Shown: piece after piece, positions 17,986 through 28,600 of the stretch
Layout of the letters: every line of letters begins with the position of its first letter
How positions within the stretch are numbered: position 1 is the stretch's first letter
Assembly: GCA_902384795.1 (NCBI GenBank)
Contig: CABMDC010000012.1
Coordinates: 71,970-135,969 of the forward strand
Direction of reading: 5' to 3'
Length of the DNA stretch: 64,000 bases
Source: Candidatus Gugararchaeum adminiculabundum
Lineage (GTDB): Archaea; Micrarchaeota; Micrarchaeia; Burarchaeales; Gugararchaeaceae
Position numbers and translations under genes: made by a program
The notes under the pieces: model-generated
The model's database searches: none
Seen by the model: only the letters and a program-made list of their open reading frames with translations
What the model was told of the DNA's origin: nothing

Positions 17986-19809
17986 ATGCACAAGCTAAAA
18001 AAAATTGCAGTGGATTGGGAGCAGGTTCCGAAAAGCGTTGACAAAAAGCTTTTGGGCACCCCTGATTTTGCAAACAGGCTTTTCGAGGCGCTCGAGATTA
18101 CCAGAAGCGGCAGAAGCGCGGAGGTAATCGCAGGGAGAATAGTTGCGGGTAAAAAAATTATTCTTGAGATAAGGCCGCTGGAAGGGGAGAAGATAGACGC
18201 ACTGGCGCACAATGTTGCGCTGGACACGATACTTTCCTCGTTTTTTAATAATTTCACGACCAGATATGACGAGTATAAGCCTGGCCCATTCCCCTGGACG
18301 CGCGGCCTGAGGCTGAATAAATTCGCCCGCGGGATTGGACCGTGGGAAGCGAGAAAAACAGAGCAGATCGGCTCGGTCCAGTACAACAAGGTATTGTCCA
18401 AGATGGGGCTGGATGCCCATGGCCAGTTTGACATAAAAAAGAACGAGATTAGCGAAGCTGCCGCTGCTGCCAGAAAAATCGTAGATGAAATGAGGCCGAA
18501 GAAAATTGAAGCCGTTGTTGAAGTTGCCCAGGCAAGCCCAGGGCGGGTGCTAACAGTGCCGGGCGAAAATGAAGAGATTCTTGAAATTGCCGCTGAACCG
18601 GAAAAAACAGCTCCTGAGAAAAGGAGGCTGAGAATTCAACCGATAGTTGTAATGGGAATTTTCCTATTGGCAGCCGGAGTGATTTCCATATTTTCTGCTG
18701 CCCATATAGTAAACCGATTAATGCCAAGGGGCGAGAAGATGACTACAAGGAAAATTACTGCGACCGCATATGATGGAGGCAGGCGGGAAGTGGGAAATCT
18801 GGAGAAAAAAATCTCGCTAGCGATTCAAACATGGAGCACTGCCCGCAGGGTGAACAGCGAAAGGGTAGAAGCTGAGAATAACAGGCAGCGGGCAGCCGAG
18901 ACTGCTGCGGCAAGAAAGAAAGCCGAAAGGGAAGCTGCTGCTAAAAAGCGCGCAAAGGCGGATGCAGCCGTACCTAAACCCAGGGAAGTGAAGGCGCCGG
19001 CAATCGTTAAACCTAAACCACGGGTGCTGGAAAAACCGAAAGAACCGGCTCCTGAATCACCCGTACAGCCGCCTAAAATGGCAGGGCCACCTAAACCACC
19101 TGAACCAGTAAAACAGGTGACACCGCCGGAACAGGTAAAGCAGGTGAAACCATTTTTGGCGCGAATTGGCAAGAAGCCGGCGCCCAAGCCCGCGTTCGCA
19201 CAGTCGGAGATTCGCGCGGAAAAGAGAATGCTTGAAGCCGCAAGGCAGGCAAAAAGTGAGCAGGAGCTGAAGAATAAGTGCGGAGTATGGCAGAGGGCTG
19301 CGAACCGTTCTCCTAAATCTGATGTTGCCCAGGCCTGGGCAAGAACCAGGGGCCAGATTGAGAAAAGAATGTGGGAACTCAAACAGATTGAAAAAGAGCA
19401 GCAGAGACAGAAACCCAAAGTCAAGGTGAAAAATGATAGGCAAAAACTGAAGCAGCAGCCAAAGGCGAAGGAGAAAACAAAGGCAAAAACACAGGTGAAA
19501 CCGAAACATGTTAAGCAGAAAATTTCGCAAAAGCCTAAATCAGAACCGCGGAAAACAGTAACTAAACCACGGCCAGCGGCCAATCCGGAGCCTAAACCTG
19601 AACAGCCGCCAGTTGCAGCTGAAACAACAAAAGTAAAGTATTATGTTAAGCACGGAAAAGTTGTCGCATTCGTTCCGCAGAAGAATGAGGGCGGCAATTT
19701 TGTCGGCAAAAAAGGAGCGGATGGCTCGGGCAAGTGGGTTGCGATTAAGGAGCAGGATGCGTTTTCAAGCCCGGAAGCGGCCCAGGAAGCTGCCCAGGGA
19801 AAGAAGTAG
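17986..19809 (+). CDS. hypothetical membrane protein with long Lys/Pro/Glu/Ala-rich low-complexity spacer
   Basis: TM helix LRIQPIVVMGIFLLAAGVISIFSAAHIV. About 200 aa of AAKKRAKADAAVPKPREVKAPAIVKPKPRVLEKPKEPAPESPVQPP-type sequence, then a small C-terminal domain. Confidence 0.45.
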   Translation: MHKLKKIAVDWEQVPKSVDKKLLGTPDFANRLFEALEITRSGRSAEVIAGRIVAGKKIILEIRPLEGEKIDALAHNVALDTILSSFFNNFTTRYDEYKPGPFPWTRGLRLNKFARGIGPWEARKTEQIGSVQYNKVLSKMGLDAHGQFDIKKNEISEAAAAARKIVDEMRPKKIEAVVEVAQASPGRVLTVPGENEEILEIAAEPEKTAPEKRRLRIQPIVVMGIFLLAAGVISIFSAAHIVNRLMPRGEKMTTRKITATAYDGGRREVGNLEKKISLAIQTWSTARRVNSERVEAENNRQRAAETAAARKKAEREAAAKKRAKADAAVPKPREVKAPAIVKPKPRVLEKPKEPAPESPVQPPKMAGPPKPPEPVKQVTPPEQVKQVKPFLARIGKKPAPKPAFAQSEIRAEKRMLEAARQAKSEQELKNKCGVWQRAANRSPKSDVAQAWARTRGQIEKRMWELKQIEKEQQRQKPKVKVKNDRQKLKQQPKAKEKTKAKTQVKPKHVKQKISQKPKSEPRKTVTKPRPAANPEPKPEQPPVAAETTKVKYYVKHGKVVAFVPQKNEGGNFVGKKGADGSGKWVAIKEQDAFSSPEAAQEAAQGKK

Positions 19810-19940
19810 CTGAATTGCTGATTTTCTCTCGTATTTCACCGGCACTAAGGGGCTTCGGCTCTTTTTAAAGCAAGCGAATTTCCATCCCTAGTGTAAGCAA
19901 GAGGTTTGCGCGTTTTACCAAAAAACCCGCGGTGAAATGA

Positions 19941-20192
19941 ATGAAAAAAATGGAACAGAAAGTTGAAATGAGAAATGAGCCCGAAGGGGAAAAGAAAATC
20001 GGTGAAAGGCCGGACTTCAGAATCGTCCAGCCAGAAACCGTAGAGGACGGGTCCACGGTCTTCAAAAGTGTGGGAGCCATGTGGAAAAAGACAAGCAAGA
20101 GCGGGAATGAGTTTTACACGCTCAAAATCGGGAAGCTCAAGCTGCTGGTTTTCAAGAACACGCCACGCCCGGATGGGGCGGAGAGCGCGTAA
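19941..20192 (+). CDS. small hypothetical protein (83 aa)
   Basis: ORF with GGTGA SD-like sequence upstream. No recognisable family. Confidence 0.3.
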   Translation: MKKMEQKVEMRNEPEGEKKIGERPDFRIVQPETVEDGSTVFKSVGAMWKKTSKSGNEFYTLKIGKLKLLVFKNTPRPDGAESA

Positions 20193-20297
20193 TTCGTGCG
20201 GGAGGTAGAGGCAGAGAAGGCGAATCTGTCGGGGAAAGAACCGAGAGAAGAGTGTGAGAAGAAGGGGATAAACATAAATTAGAGGAAGGTGTATTAT

Positions 20298-21323
20298 ATG
20301 GCTAAGAAGAGTAATGTTGAGGAAGTTGTTATGGTGCAGGAAGTGGCTGAAATGCAGACTGCGGAAAAGGAAAAAAAACCTGAGAAAAAGGAAGTTGAGC
20401 TAGAGGATTTGCCAGGGATAGGCCCGTCTACTGCTGAAAAGCTCAGGAGAGCGGGCTATGACACTATAGTAAAGATAGCCACAAGCTCGCCCTATGAGCT
20501 GGAAGAGGTTGCTGACCTGGGAGTGGAAACCGGGAAAAGGGCGATCAGCGCTGCAAGGGATGCGTTGGAAATGGGGTATGAAAGAGCGGATAAAATCCTT
20601 GAAAGAAGGAAAGTGATTACTAGAATTACTACAGGTTCAAGCGAGCTGGATGGGCTGATTGGAGGAGGGGTTGAAACCCAGGCCATTACCGAAGCGTTTG
20701 GAAAGTTCAGCTCCGGGAAATCACAGCTGGGTTTCCAGCTGGCTGTGAATGCACAATTGCCGGTTGAGCGCGGGGGATTGGGTGGAAGCGTGCTGTTCAT
20801 TGACACTGAAAGCACTTTCAGGCCTGAGAGAATTAAGCAACTGGCCGAGGCATTGAAAATGGACCCAGACCAGGTGCTCAAGAATATTCATGTGGCTAAG
20901 GCAGTGAACTCTGACCACCAGATGCTGCTGATTGAAAAGTCCGAGGAGATTATCAAAAGGGAGAATATTAAATTGATCATCATTGACTCCCTAACCAGCC
21001 ATTTCAGGACGGATTATATTGGAAGAGGGGCGTTGAGTGAAAGGCAGCAGAAGCTGAACAAGCACATCCATGCTTTGCAAAGGCTCGCGGACCAGAATAA
21101 TCTGGCTGTTTACATTACCAACCAGGTGATGGATAACCCAGGAATCCTATTCGGTGATCCAACCACCCCGATTGGTGGCCATGTGCTGGCGCACGCTGCA
21201 ACCTACAGGTTGTACTTCAGAAAGAGCAAGGAAGAGAAGAGGATTGCCAAATTGGTAGACTCGCCTTCCATGCCTGAGGGAGAATGCGTGTTCCGAGTGA
21301 CGCCGGAAGGAGTAAGGGACTAG
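20298..21323 (+). CDS. radA: DNA repair and recombination protein RadA
   Basis: N-terminal HhH region ([27 protein letters not shown]), Walker [26 protein letters not shown] and [12 protein letters not shown] match archaeal RadA. GAGGAAGGTG SD lies 6 nt before ATG 20298. Confidence 0.85.
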   Translation: MAKKSNVEEVVMVQEVAEMQTAEKEKKPEKKEVELEDLPGIGPSTAEKLRRAGYDTIVKIATSSPYELEEVADLGVETGKRAISAARDALEMGYERADKILERRKVITRITTGSSELDGLIGGGVETQAITEAFGKFSSGKSQLGFQLAVNAQLPVERGGLGGSVLFIDTESTFRPERIKQLAEALKMDPDQVLKNIHVAKAVNSDHQMLLIEKSEEIIKRENIKLIIIDSLTSHFRTDYIGRGALSERQQKLNKHIHALQRLADQNNLAVYITNQVMDNPGILFGDPTTPIGGHVLAHAATYRLYFRKSKEEKRIAKLVDSPSMPEGECVFRVTPEGVRD

Positions 21324-21343
21324 ATAATCCATTAAAGGAAAGA

Positions 21344-21375
21344 GGAGGGATTCGACGCTGGCTCCCTCTTTTTCT
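21344..21375 (+). terminator. hairpin plus T-tract downstream of radA
   Basis: GAGGGA-ttcgacgctggc-TCCCTC stem-loop followed by TTTTTCTT. Confidence 0.4.
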
Positions 21376-21427
21376 TACTGTTTTTTAAGTTTTTTCATAC
21401 AAAATCATACTGAGAGGGTGAAACTGT

Positions 21428-21685
21428 ATGACGCATATATACGAACGGGGGCAGCTGGTGATTCCGAAATATTTCAGAAAACTTCTTGGCTGGGATAAGG
21501 GCACCGAGGTCAGATTTAATGTTGAAGGAAATAGGCTCGTGGTGGAGAAAAAAACTTTGATAGCGGACGAGATGGAAGAATTCGCAAGGGAGAATGGCGT
21601 TGACTTGAAAGGGAAGACCGACTTTGATGAGGAATATGATGAGGGCATGCGGAAGAAATACAAAAAAATGGGGTTGAAGTTTTGA
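21428..21685 (+). CDS. AbrB/SpoVT-domain antitoxin (VapB-like)
   Basis: RGQLVIPKYFRKLLGWDKGTEVRFNVEGNRLVVEK is a SpoVT/AbrB swapped-hairpin motif. The stop overlaps the next gene's start (ATGA). Confidence 0.6.
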   Translation: MTHIYERGQLVIPKYFRKLLGWDKGTEVRFNVEGNRLVVEKKTLIADEMEEFARENGVDLKGKTDFDEEYDEGMRKKYKKMGLKF

Positions 21686-22080
21686 TGTTCGTAGATGCTA
21701 ATATTTTCATCATTGCGGCACTGCAGGCAAGCGGGAATGGACAAAAATGCAGGGAGTTTATAAAAAAAATAGAGGCCGGGGAGCAGCGCTCAATAACTTC
21801 TGTTTTGGTTTTGGATGAAGTACTGAACAGCATTGAAATTCATACTGGGAGCAGGGTCAAGGCAAAGTCTATTGTAGAGAAAATTCTTTCAACGCAGAAT
21901 CTTGAAATCTGTGAAGTGAACATGAAACAATTTGGGAAATCGATAAAATATTTTGAGGCCGGCTTGAGGCCAAGGGATGCACTGCATGTTGCGGTGATGC
22001 TTGAGCAGGGTGTTACTACGATACTTTCATTTGACAGGGATTTTGATTCGATTCCCGCGATAAAACGGCAGGAACCGTAA
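21682..22080 (+). CDS. PIN-domain ribonuclease toxin (VapC-like)
   Basis: MMFVDANIFI (N-terminal Asp), LVLDEV, ALHVAV, SFDRDFD give the PIN acidic residue pattern. Confidence 0.65.
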   Translation: MMFVDANIFIIAALQASGNGQKCREFIKKIEAGEQRSITSVLVLDEVLNSIEIHTGSRVKAKSIVEKILSTQNLEICEVNMKQFGKSIKYFEAGLRPRDALHVAVMLEQGVTTILSFDRDFDSIPAIKRQEP

Positions 22081-22105
22081 AAAGCAAATGAAGAAAGAGG
22101 CTGAA

Positions 22106-22528
22106 CTACTGTTTCACTGCGCGTAGAACTTCTGTTTTTGTGACCTTGTTGTCAAAATGAGAATAGTCGCGGTAGTGCATGAAAGTAGTTACGGTGACAT
22201 TGTAGTCAGCAGGGTTGGTGGAAGTGTTGCTCCAGATTTCCACGTTCAAATTCTTGGATTCGTCCGGCTTGAACTGGCCGATGCGGAATTCTTTTCGGTG
22301 AGTTAAGCCGGTTTCATCGAACCCGAGCTGTTTTGGCAGATCGATGACTATGCTGGACATCACTGTCTGGCCCGAGATGTTGCGCACATAGGCGGTGAGA
22401 ACCGTCTTGTCCTTGCGGTTCGCGGCGAGCCTGAATGGCATTAAAGACAGGCGGATGACAAACGGGGTCTTGCCCGCAAGCTCCTTTTCATAGTCCTTCT
22501 TTCCGAGGATTGAATCTAGAAAGCCCAT
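22106..22528 (-). CDS. hypothetical protein
   Basis: ORF; ATG at 22528 preferred over GTG 22546. No family recognised. Confidence 0.4.
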   Translation of the reverse strand: MGFLDSILGKKDYEKELAGKTPFVIRLSLMPFRLAANRKDKTVLTAYVRNISGQTVMSSIVIDLPKQLGFDETGLTHRKEFRIGQFKPDESKNLNVEIWSNTSTNPADYNVTVTTFMHYRDYSHFDNKVTKTEVLRAVKQ

Positions 22529-22581
22529 GCTATAGAATCTGCTCACATAAGAATAAAAACCCTGCCAAAGTAACAGAAATC

Positions 22582-25047
22582 ATGTGCATTCTGAGAGTCG
22601 AGGGAAAGCGGGCCGTGATGGACTGCGCAGTTGACTCAATTGAAATGTTCACCAGCGACTGCGTGCACTCGCACCTCAAGGCGCTGACAACTCTTTCTGA
22701 TTTGGAGCTCAAAACCCTGCGCTACGAGGAGGAAATCATAGTCGAATACGGGGAGGAGAAAGCCAGCGTAATTTTGGAATACATCGACACCCTGAGGCAG
22801 ATTGAGGGAATTCTCCTCGATCCGACGACCTATGGAAGCACCCAGGACGAGGAATACGACAACAGGAAAAAGCTGCTCAAGCGGTTTTACGAGTATGCTT
22901 ACATGTCACCGCAGATGGCCTACCGGGTGCTCGCGGACTATAATGAGCCACAGCCCCAGCGAAGCCTTTACGTCGAAGGATGGCGGAAATTCAGGGCCTG
23001 GGTAAACGGCATTATGAAGAGCTACTCGGACACGCAGATGTACAAGATGTGCCTGAAGTTCGGGGATATCAGGAGCGTGTTCCTGGAACTCGCGAACCTG
23101 AGGAGCGCGCTTTTCCTGGAATCGCTTTTGCTAAAAGTGCCCGCGGACGCGAAGCCGCTCACAGGCAAGGATGCGGTCTATGATTTGGGTCATGGGATAA
23201 GGGCGAGAATTTACGAGCTGCCTGTGACCGAGACCTACCTTTACATTCACGAGAATCCAGAAGTCGACAACCTATCCCCGGAGCTGCAGAAAATCCTCAA
23301 GGAAGAAGTGGAAAAGGGGATGCAGGAGGCGCTGCCCGAGGGGGTGGATTTCGGCACCTATTTCGACGAAAGGACAAGGGATTTCAGGGCGCATTTCATT
23401 GACCGGGCTGAAAAGGAAAAGATAAAAATAACGCCCATGCAGGCGATGGCCATGGCACGGGAAGCATCTGCCTGGACAGTCGGCCTGGGAAGCCCGATAG
23501 AGAACATGTCCCTGGACAGGGCGAATATCACCGATGTTTATATTGACGGGGAGAACGCCCCGCTATATATAGAGCATATCAAGTTCGGCCTGTGCCACAC
23601 CTTGTGGAGATATAACAAGGCGATGATGCAGGGAGTGGTCAAGAATATCATTTCCACCACCAAGGGGACGAGGAAATTCGACCAGAATAACCCGGTTGTG
23701 GACGTGGTTCTCACAAGGCTGAATATGAGGTGCCACTTGCAACGCCCGCCAGCGACTTTCCGGGAAACCCAGGCTGCGCTGAGAATGACCAAGGAAACCC
23801 CGTTCACCTATGCGCAGTATTTGTACAACAAATCCATGAGCGCTTTCTCGGCGGGCTATGACGACTTGATGGTCACACTCGGGTGTTCCGAGGCAGTTTT
23901 GGGATTAAAGGGAGTCGGAAAAACAGCTTTTACCGCTGCGAAAGTTCTGGCAATCGGGCAGAAGAGAAGGATTCTGCCGATCCAGGATATTGAGGAAATT
24001 CCGACCATGGCTTACAGGAAAAGAGGGTTCCACATGGGCGCCATGAGGGTGCAATCCAGTGACAAGGAAGTTACCAGCAGCACTGAATTGGACCTGGTGG
24101 CCATGGCAAACGCGAGCCTGAGAATGGGAGATTCGTGCCTGATCATCAACGAAATCAGGTCACGCTTGGCAATCCAGGGGATTATCAATTTGCTGAACAC
24201 CCAGCCAGGGGTTTTCGTGCTCTACAATTTGCACGCAGAATCTTTGAGGGATGTGCAGGACAGGCTGGAACTGGTGTTCGGAGTCCCTTCTGCTTCCATG
24301 TTCACCACTGACAGGTATTCGTTCCTGAAGAAGGTGAGGTTCGGGAGAAAAGGAAGGGTCTACCGATTGCTCGGAAAGCAATATGAAACAGACCAGGAGC
24401 AGCACAAGTTTGCGGAGATATTCTCGTTCAAGAGAGGGGAATCGATTGATGACTCGAAATTGGAATGCGAATTTGTCGCAAACCCGGAGGCGAATCTCTG
24501 GGATTTGAGCGGAGTGAATATTGCGAAATTGGAAAAGGATTTGAAGGTCCATTACATTCCGCCCGCGCTTGCAAGAAGGGCGGAGGAGAGCGGCATAAAG
24601 CCGGAGCAATACATTGTGCAGGCTTTCATGAAAGGAAAAATGTACTCAACAATTACGAAGAAGGCGGTGGACAGCGGGAACAACGGTTTGCTGGAAATTG
24701 ACTTTGTGCTCAAATGCAACATGTACATGAACAAGCTTCTCAAGGAAAAGGAAAAACCGGATGGAAGCATAGATTTCGCGGAAATAGACAGGACCTGGGA
24801 AAAACAGTTCCCCTTGCTCGTGAGCGAATATGAGAGGGAAACACTGCAGGCAAAAGGCAAGCCTGAGCCCGAGAAGGCGAAGAAAGCGGCCGCTGAAGAG
24901 ATGAGCTCTGTGGAAGAGACAGGAGAGGGCGAAGAGGGAATACCTGATGCTGAAAGAGTGTCCGCTGGAACCGCCACAAGGAAACAGGAAAAGGAAAAAC
25001 CAAAAGCAACTGAAAAGGAGAAGCCTGCTGCTAAAAAGAAGAAATAA
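22582..25047 (+). CDS. divergent FlaI/VirB11/GspE-family secretion-type ATPase (oversized, about 820 aa)
   Basis: Walker A GLKGVGKTAF (GxxxxGKT), Asp box ILPIQDIEEI, Walker B-like LRMGDSCLIINEIRSRLA, then TQPGVFVLYNLHAESLRDVQDRL in place of the conserved His box. Long N-terminal extension and a Lys/Glu-rich C-terminal tail. Confidence 0.5.
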   Translation: MCILRVEGKRAVMDCAVDSIEMFTSDCVHSHLKALTTLSDLELKTLRYEEEIIVEYGEEKASVILEYIDTLRQIEGILLDPTTYGSTQDEEYDNRKKLLKRFYEYAYMSPQMAYRVLADYNEPQPQRSLYVEGWRKFRAWVNGIMKSYSDTQMYKMCLKFGDIRSVFLELANLRSALFLESLLLKVPADAKPLTGKDAVYDLGHGIRARIYELPVTETYLYIHENPEVDNLSPELQKILKEEVEKGMQEALPEGVDFGTYFDERTRDFRAHFIDRAEKEKIKITPMQAMAMAREASAWTVGLGSPIENMSLDRANITDVYIDGENAPLYIEHIKFGLCHTLWRYNKAMMQGVVKNIISTTKGTRKFDQNNPVVDVVLTRLNMRCHLQRPPATFRETQAALRMTKETPFTYAQYLYNKSMSAFSAGYDDLMVTLGCSEAVLGLKGVGKTAFTAAKVLAIGQKRRILPIQDIEEIPTMAYRKRGFHMGAMRVQSSDKEVTSSTELDLVAMANASLRMGDSCLIINEIRSRLAIQGIINLLNTQPGVFVLYNLHAESLRDVQDRLELVFGVPSASMFTTDRYSFLKKVRFGRKGRVYRLLGKQYETDQEQHKFAEIFSFKRGESIDDSKLECEFVANPEANLWDLSGVNIAKLEKDLKVHYIPPALARRAEESGIKPEQYIVQAFMKGKMYSTITKKAVDSGNNGLLEIDFVLKCNMYMNKLLKEKEKPDGSIDFAEIDRTWEKQFPLLVSEYERETLQAKGKPEPEKAKKAAAEEMSSVEETGEGEEGIPDAERVSAGTATRKQEKEKPKATEKEKPAAKKKK

Positions 25048-25077
25048 GAAATTAGCTTTGCCTGCTCCCTAACCTAT

Positions 25078-25692
25078 TTACCTGGGCCGTATTTGAGTCT
25101 CTACTTTTACCGGTCCCCTGTCAAAAGTTGGCTTCTTCGGGGCCGGGGCAGCCGGCTCGCTTGGCTTCTTTCCCCTTGAAAGGAAAATGATTATTTCCAT
25201 TACTGCGATTATTACGCCGATGTAGGGGTAGGTGATGCCGCCGACTAGGATGGGGATTAGGAACAGGCCGATTGGAATCAGGCGGTTCTGCGCGTTGCGT
25301 GAAATATAGGCGGACAGCCCGCTTGTGGCAAGCAGGAGAATCCAGACGAAGTAGCAGGTTAGCACATTGCCGCCCCGGATGTTTGCCAGGATGCCTGCGC
25401 ACCCGCTTTTCACTCCGAGAGTAAATGGCTGCGGGCCTGCGAGCGGAAGGACGCATTCGCTTGAATCCGCATAGCCCTCAACGCACTGGGCCGAAGAGAC
25501 CGCATTTTTGCTGACCAGTTCCTTATCAGTTGCTTCGGTTGCAAAAACACAAACACTCGCATTGTTGCAATAGCCTTCTGCGCAGTCGGCTGTCACTGAG
25601 CAGGACTGACCCACTTTCTTCAGCTGCTGAGCCGAAACTAGCGAAGCCAGGAGAATTGAAAGCAATGCGAACAGAAAAATTTTCTTCATCAT
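25078..25692 (-). CDS. Cys-rich secreted/membrane protein (signal peptide, knottin-like ectodomain, three or more TM helices, Pro-rich tail)
   Basis: MMKKIFLFALLSILLASLVSAQ signal. CSVTADCAEGYCNNASVCV and CVEGYADSSECV modules. TM helices CYFVWILLLATSGLSAYI, LIPIGLFLIPILVGGITYPYIGVIIAVMEIIIFL. Start is 2 nt after the giant gene stop. Confidence 0.5.
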   Translation of the reverse strand: MMKKIFLFALLSILLASLVSAQQLKKVGQSCSVTADCAEGYCNNASVCVFATEATDKELVSKNAVSSAQCVEGYADSSECVLPLAGPQPFTLGVKSGCAGILANIRGGNVLTCYFVWILLLATSGLSAYISRNAQNRLIPIGLFLIPILVGGITYPYIGVIIAVMEIIIFLSRGKKPSEPAAPAPKKPTFDRGPVKVETQIRPR

Positions 25693-25694
25693 TT

Positions 25695-28600
25695 TTACAA
25701 CAACTCCTTTAGGGGATTCTTCTCGCGCAATGCAAACGCGGCTATTTCAGTCAATGCCACTGCAACGCCGATGAATACTATGCTTACAAACCCTACGACC
25801 AGCGGGACTCCGAAGACTCCGAATGGGACTAGTTTGAATGGCTCTTTCCTTGCGGAATAGGCCGCTGTTGCGCTTAGCACAATCAATAGTGTCCAGAGTG
25901 AGGTGTTCAGCCAGTCGGGTATGGAAACCAGCTTTGAGCCCTTGGGCCCTTCTACGCATTTGTTTTCGGAACAGTATCCTATGCAGCAGTCCCCGGTTAT
26001 GGAGCATGATTTGCCTATTCCGCTGCATTGCCTGCAAACATTCTGGCTGCAGGCGGAACCCGCGCAGCACTGGCCGGATGTGTCACAGCCGCTTCCGATT
26101 GATTTGCATGGCTTTGGAATTTTGCAGAAACCGTTTTCACAGGAGCCTAGGCAGCAGTCGCTGTTCTGGGAGCAGGTGGAGCCAAGCGATTTCCCCAGGG
26201 GAATTAGCGTGACTGTGGCGGTATAGGCATTGTTGCTTCCTGCAAATGCAAGAGCCGAAGGAGCTGAAGTTGCTGAACCGAACCATAGGGCCTGAATCTT
26301 GGTGGCAGGGGCAGCAGATGAATCGGTTGGTGGAGCCTTGGTTGCAGCAGCACCAAACCACAGAGTCTGGAAGTTACTGGCTTCGGTGGATAAAACCTGA
26401 ATTGCTGCCACGCATTTTCCGTTAACTACACTTCCGAAGCAGCAGGTATTGTCATCGGTCATCTGTCCGCCAAGCTTTTCGCAGGTGGTGCACTTGCCAT
26501 CAACTAGCTGCCCAAAGCAGCAAGTGCCATCAACAGCTGGCGTTCCACCAAGCCTTTCACAGTTGGGAGCACATTTGTTGCTGCATTTTCCATTAAATAT
26601 TTGGCCGAAGCAGCAGGAACCTGATGGCAATGTTGCTCCGCCAAGCCCTTCGCAGGTGGTGCACTTGCCGTCGATTATGTTTCCAAAGCAGCAGGAATTG
26701 TCAGCCTGTGTTTTACCGCCGAGCTTTTCGCAGGTGGTGCACTTGCCATCAACTAGCTGCCCAAAGCAGCAGGAACCGTCATCCGTTGTCTTTGCGCCCA
26801 GGTCTTCACAAGTTGGGCATGGCGGGTTGGTGCAAGTTGGCTCGCATTTGCCGTTAACTACATTGGTAAAGCAGCAGGTGCCGTCTGCAAGAGGAACACC
26901 TCCTTTTTGTTCACATGTCTTGCAATCGCCAGTTGTGCAGCAGGTGCCGTCTGCAAGAGGAACACCTCCTTTTTGTTCGCATGTCTTGCAGCCTTCTCCT
27001 ATGCAGCAGGCGTCGTAGCCAATGAACTTGCCGTAGAGATCATAGGCACAATTCTTGCAGGTGCCGTCTGGAAGAGTGACTCCTCCGTTTTGTTCACAGT
27101 TACTGCACTTGCCATTGACTATCTTCCCGTGGCAGCAGGAGCCGTCTGGCATGGGCGTTCCGCCGAGCTTTTCGCAGTTGGTGCAAACACCGTTAACTAC
27201 CTTGTCAAAGCAGCAAGTTCCATCCGCAAGAGGAACTCCTCCTTTTTCTTCGCAGGTTGGGCATGGCGGGTCGGTGCACGAGGCGCATTGTCCATCCACT
27301 ATTTGAGTAAGACAACAGGAGCCGTCTGGCATAGTAACTCCTCCTTTGTCCTCACAGGTGCAGGGCGGGTTGGTGCAGCTTGGCTCGCATTGCCCGTTCA
27401 CTACTTGGGTTGCACAACAGGTGCCGTCGGGCATTGTTGTTTCGCCTGTGGGGCAGACCGACATGCATTTGCCGTCTATGACCGTGTTGGGCGGTGTGCA
27501 GCAGGAACCGTCGGACAGAAGTGTGCCGCCAGTTGAAACACAGTCTGGACACTCGATAGTCCCGCCGTCTACTTTGCACTTGTCACAACCATCTCCTACG
27601 CAACATGCATCGGATTTCAAGTAGTCTCCGCCAACGTCAGAGCTGGTGCAGTTTCTGCAGACTCCGTCTATGTATGCATCGCCTTTTGCAACGCATTTGC
27701 ATTCACCGGTTAAGCAGCAGGAACCGTCGGACATTGTTGTTCCGCCAAGTCCTTCACAAGTATCAACTATTACCGTAACTTTCTTTTTTTGTGGAATAGC
27801 GCAAGTAGTGGCCCCGCCATAGATATCTGAAGTGTCTGCCAGTGAAACCTGGGTTGCGGCGCTTAATGATAGAGTCTGGCGGCCACGGGTGGCCAACTCC
27901 AGGGACTTGTTGCACTCGCCATTGACTAGGTTTCCAAAGCAGCAGGAGCCATCTGGCGCTGTAACCGCACCTTTGTCCTCGCAGGTGTAGCTGCATGCAA
28001 TGGCAGCGTTGCAGTCAACATCAAAGCTGCTTACAAACTGCTTGCCTCCATCTTCGCAGGTGAAAACAACATCGGAGTTTTTAACGCAGCTAGGACAGGT
28101 GAAAACTGCAGTTGCAGTGAATGGAACTGCACCTTCTAATGGAGTTACGGTTAAGCTGCATCCCGATGGATTCGGGAGGTCGGTAACAGCAACGTTTTTT
28201 GCTTGCTCCGGAATTTCTTCAACAGTTGCCCTTGCTGCAAAAATGGTTTTTTCATTAACTTGTGGATAGGTGCATGTTCTGGATGCAGTAAATGTGTTGT
28301 CAAAGGAAACCGGAATGGCTGGGTCGCCTGGCATGCATGAGATTAGAGCAACGCCAATTGGCCTCTGGTCGCAGGTAACAATTATGTTTGAACTGAATTC
28401 GCCCACGTCCAGATCAGGACAGGCATAGGCATCACAAGTAAGATTCACCGGACATTCCGCTATCTCGAAATTAATGCTCTTTGAAGCATAGTGGGGTTTG
28501 GCCACCAGGGCGATATATTTGCCTGGCAAATCCGGAGTGAATGTTAAATTGCCATCACTGCCAGTTGTGAATGTGGAACCGAGGGAGGGAACAGGCGTTA

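Noticed and set aside
19830-19875. Terminator hairpin after the 17986-19809 gene
   Set aside because: Only a weak GGCTTCGGCT mini-hairpin with UUCG loop and a short T-run; not convincing enough to list as a feature.
26449-27624. Several plus-strand ORFs (for example 26449-27018, 26907-27536, 27055-27306) inside the giant gene
   Set aside because: They are antisense to the repeat arrays, and their periodic Pro/Gln/Ser-rich sequences simply mirror the sense-strand repeats. The uninterrupted 9.7-kb minus ORF is far more parsimonious.
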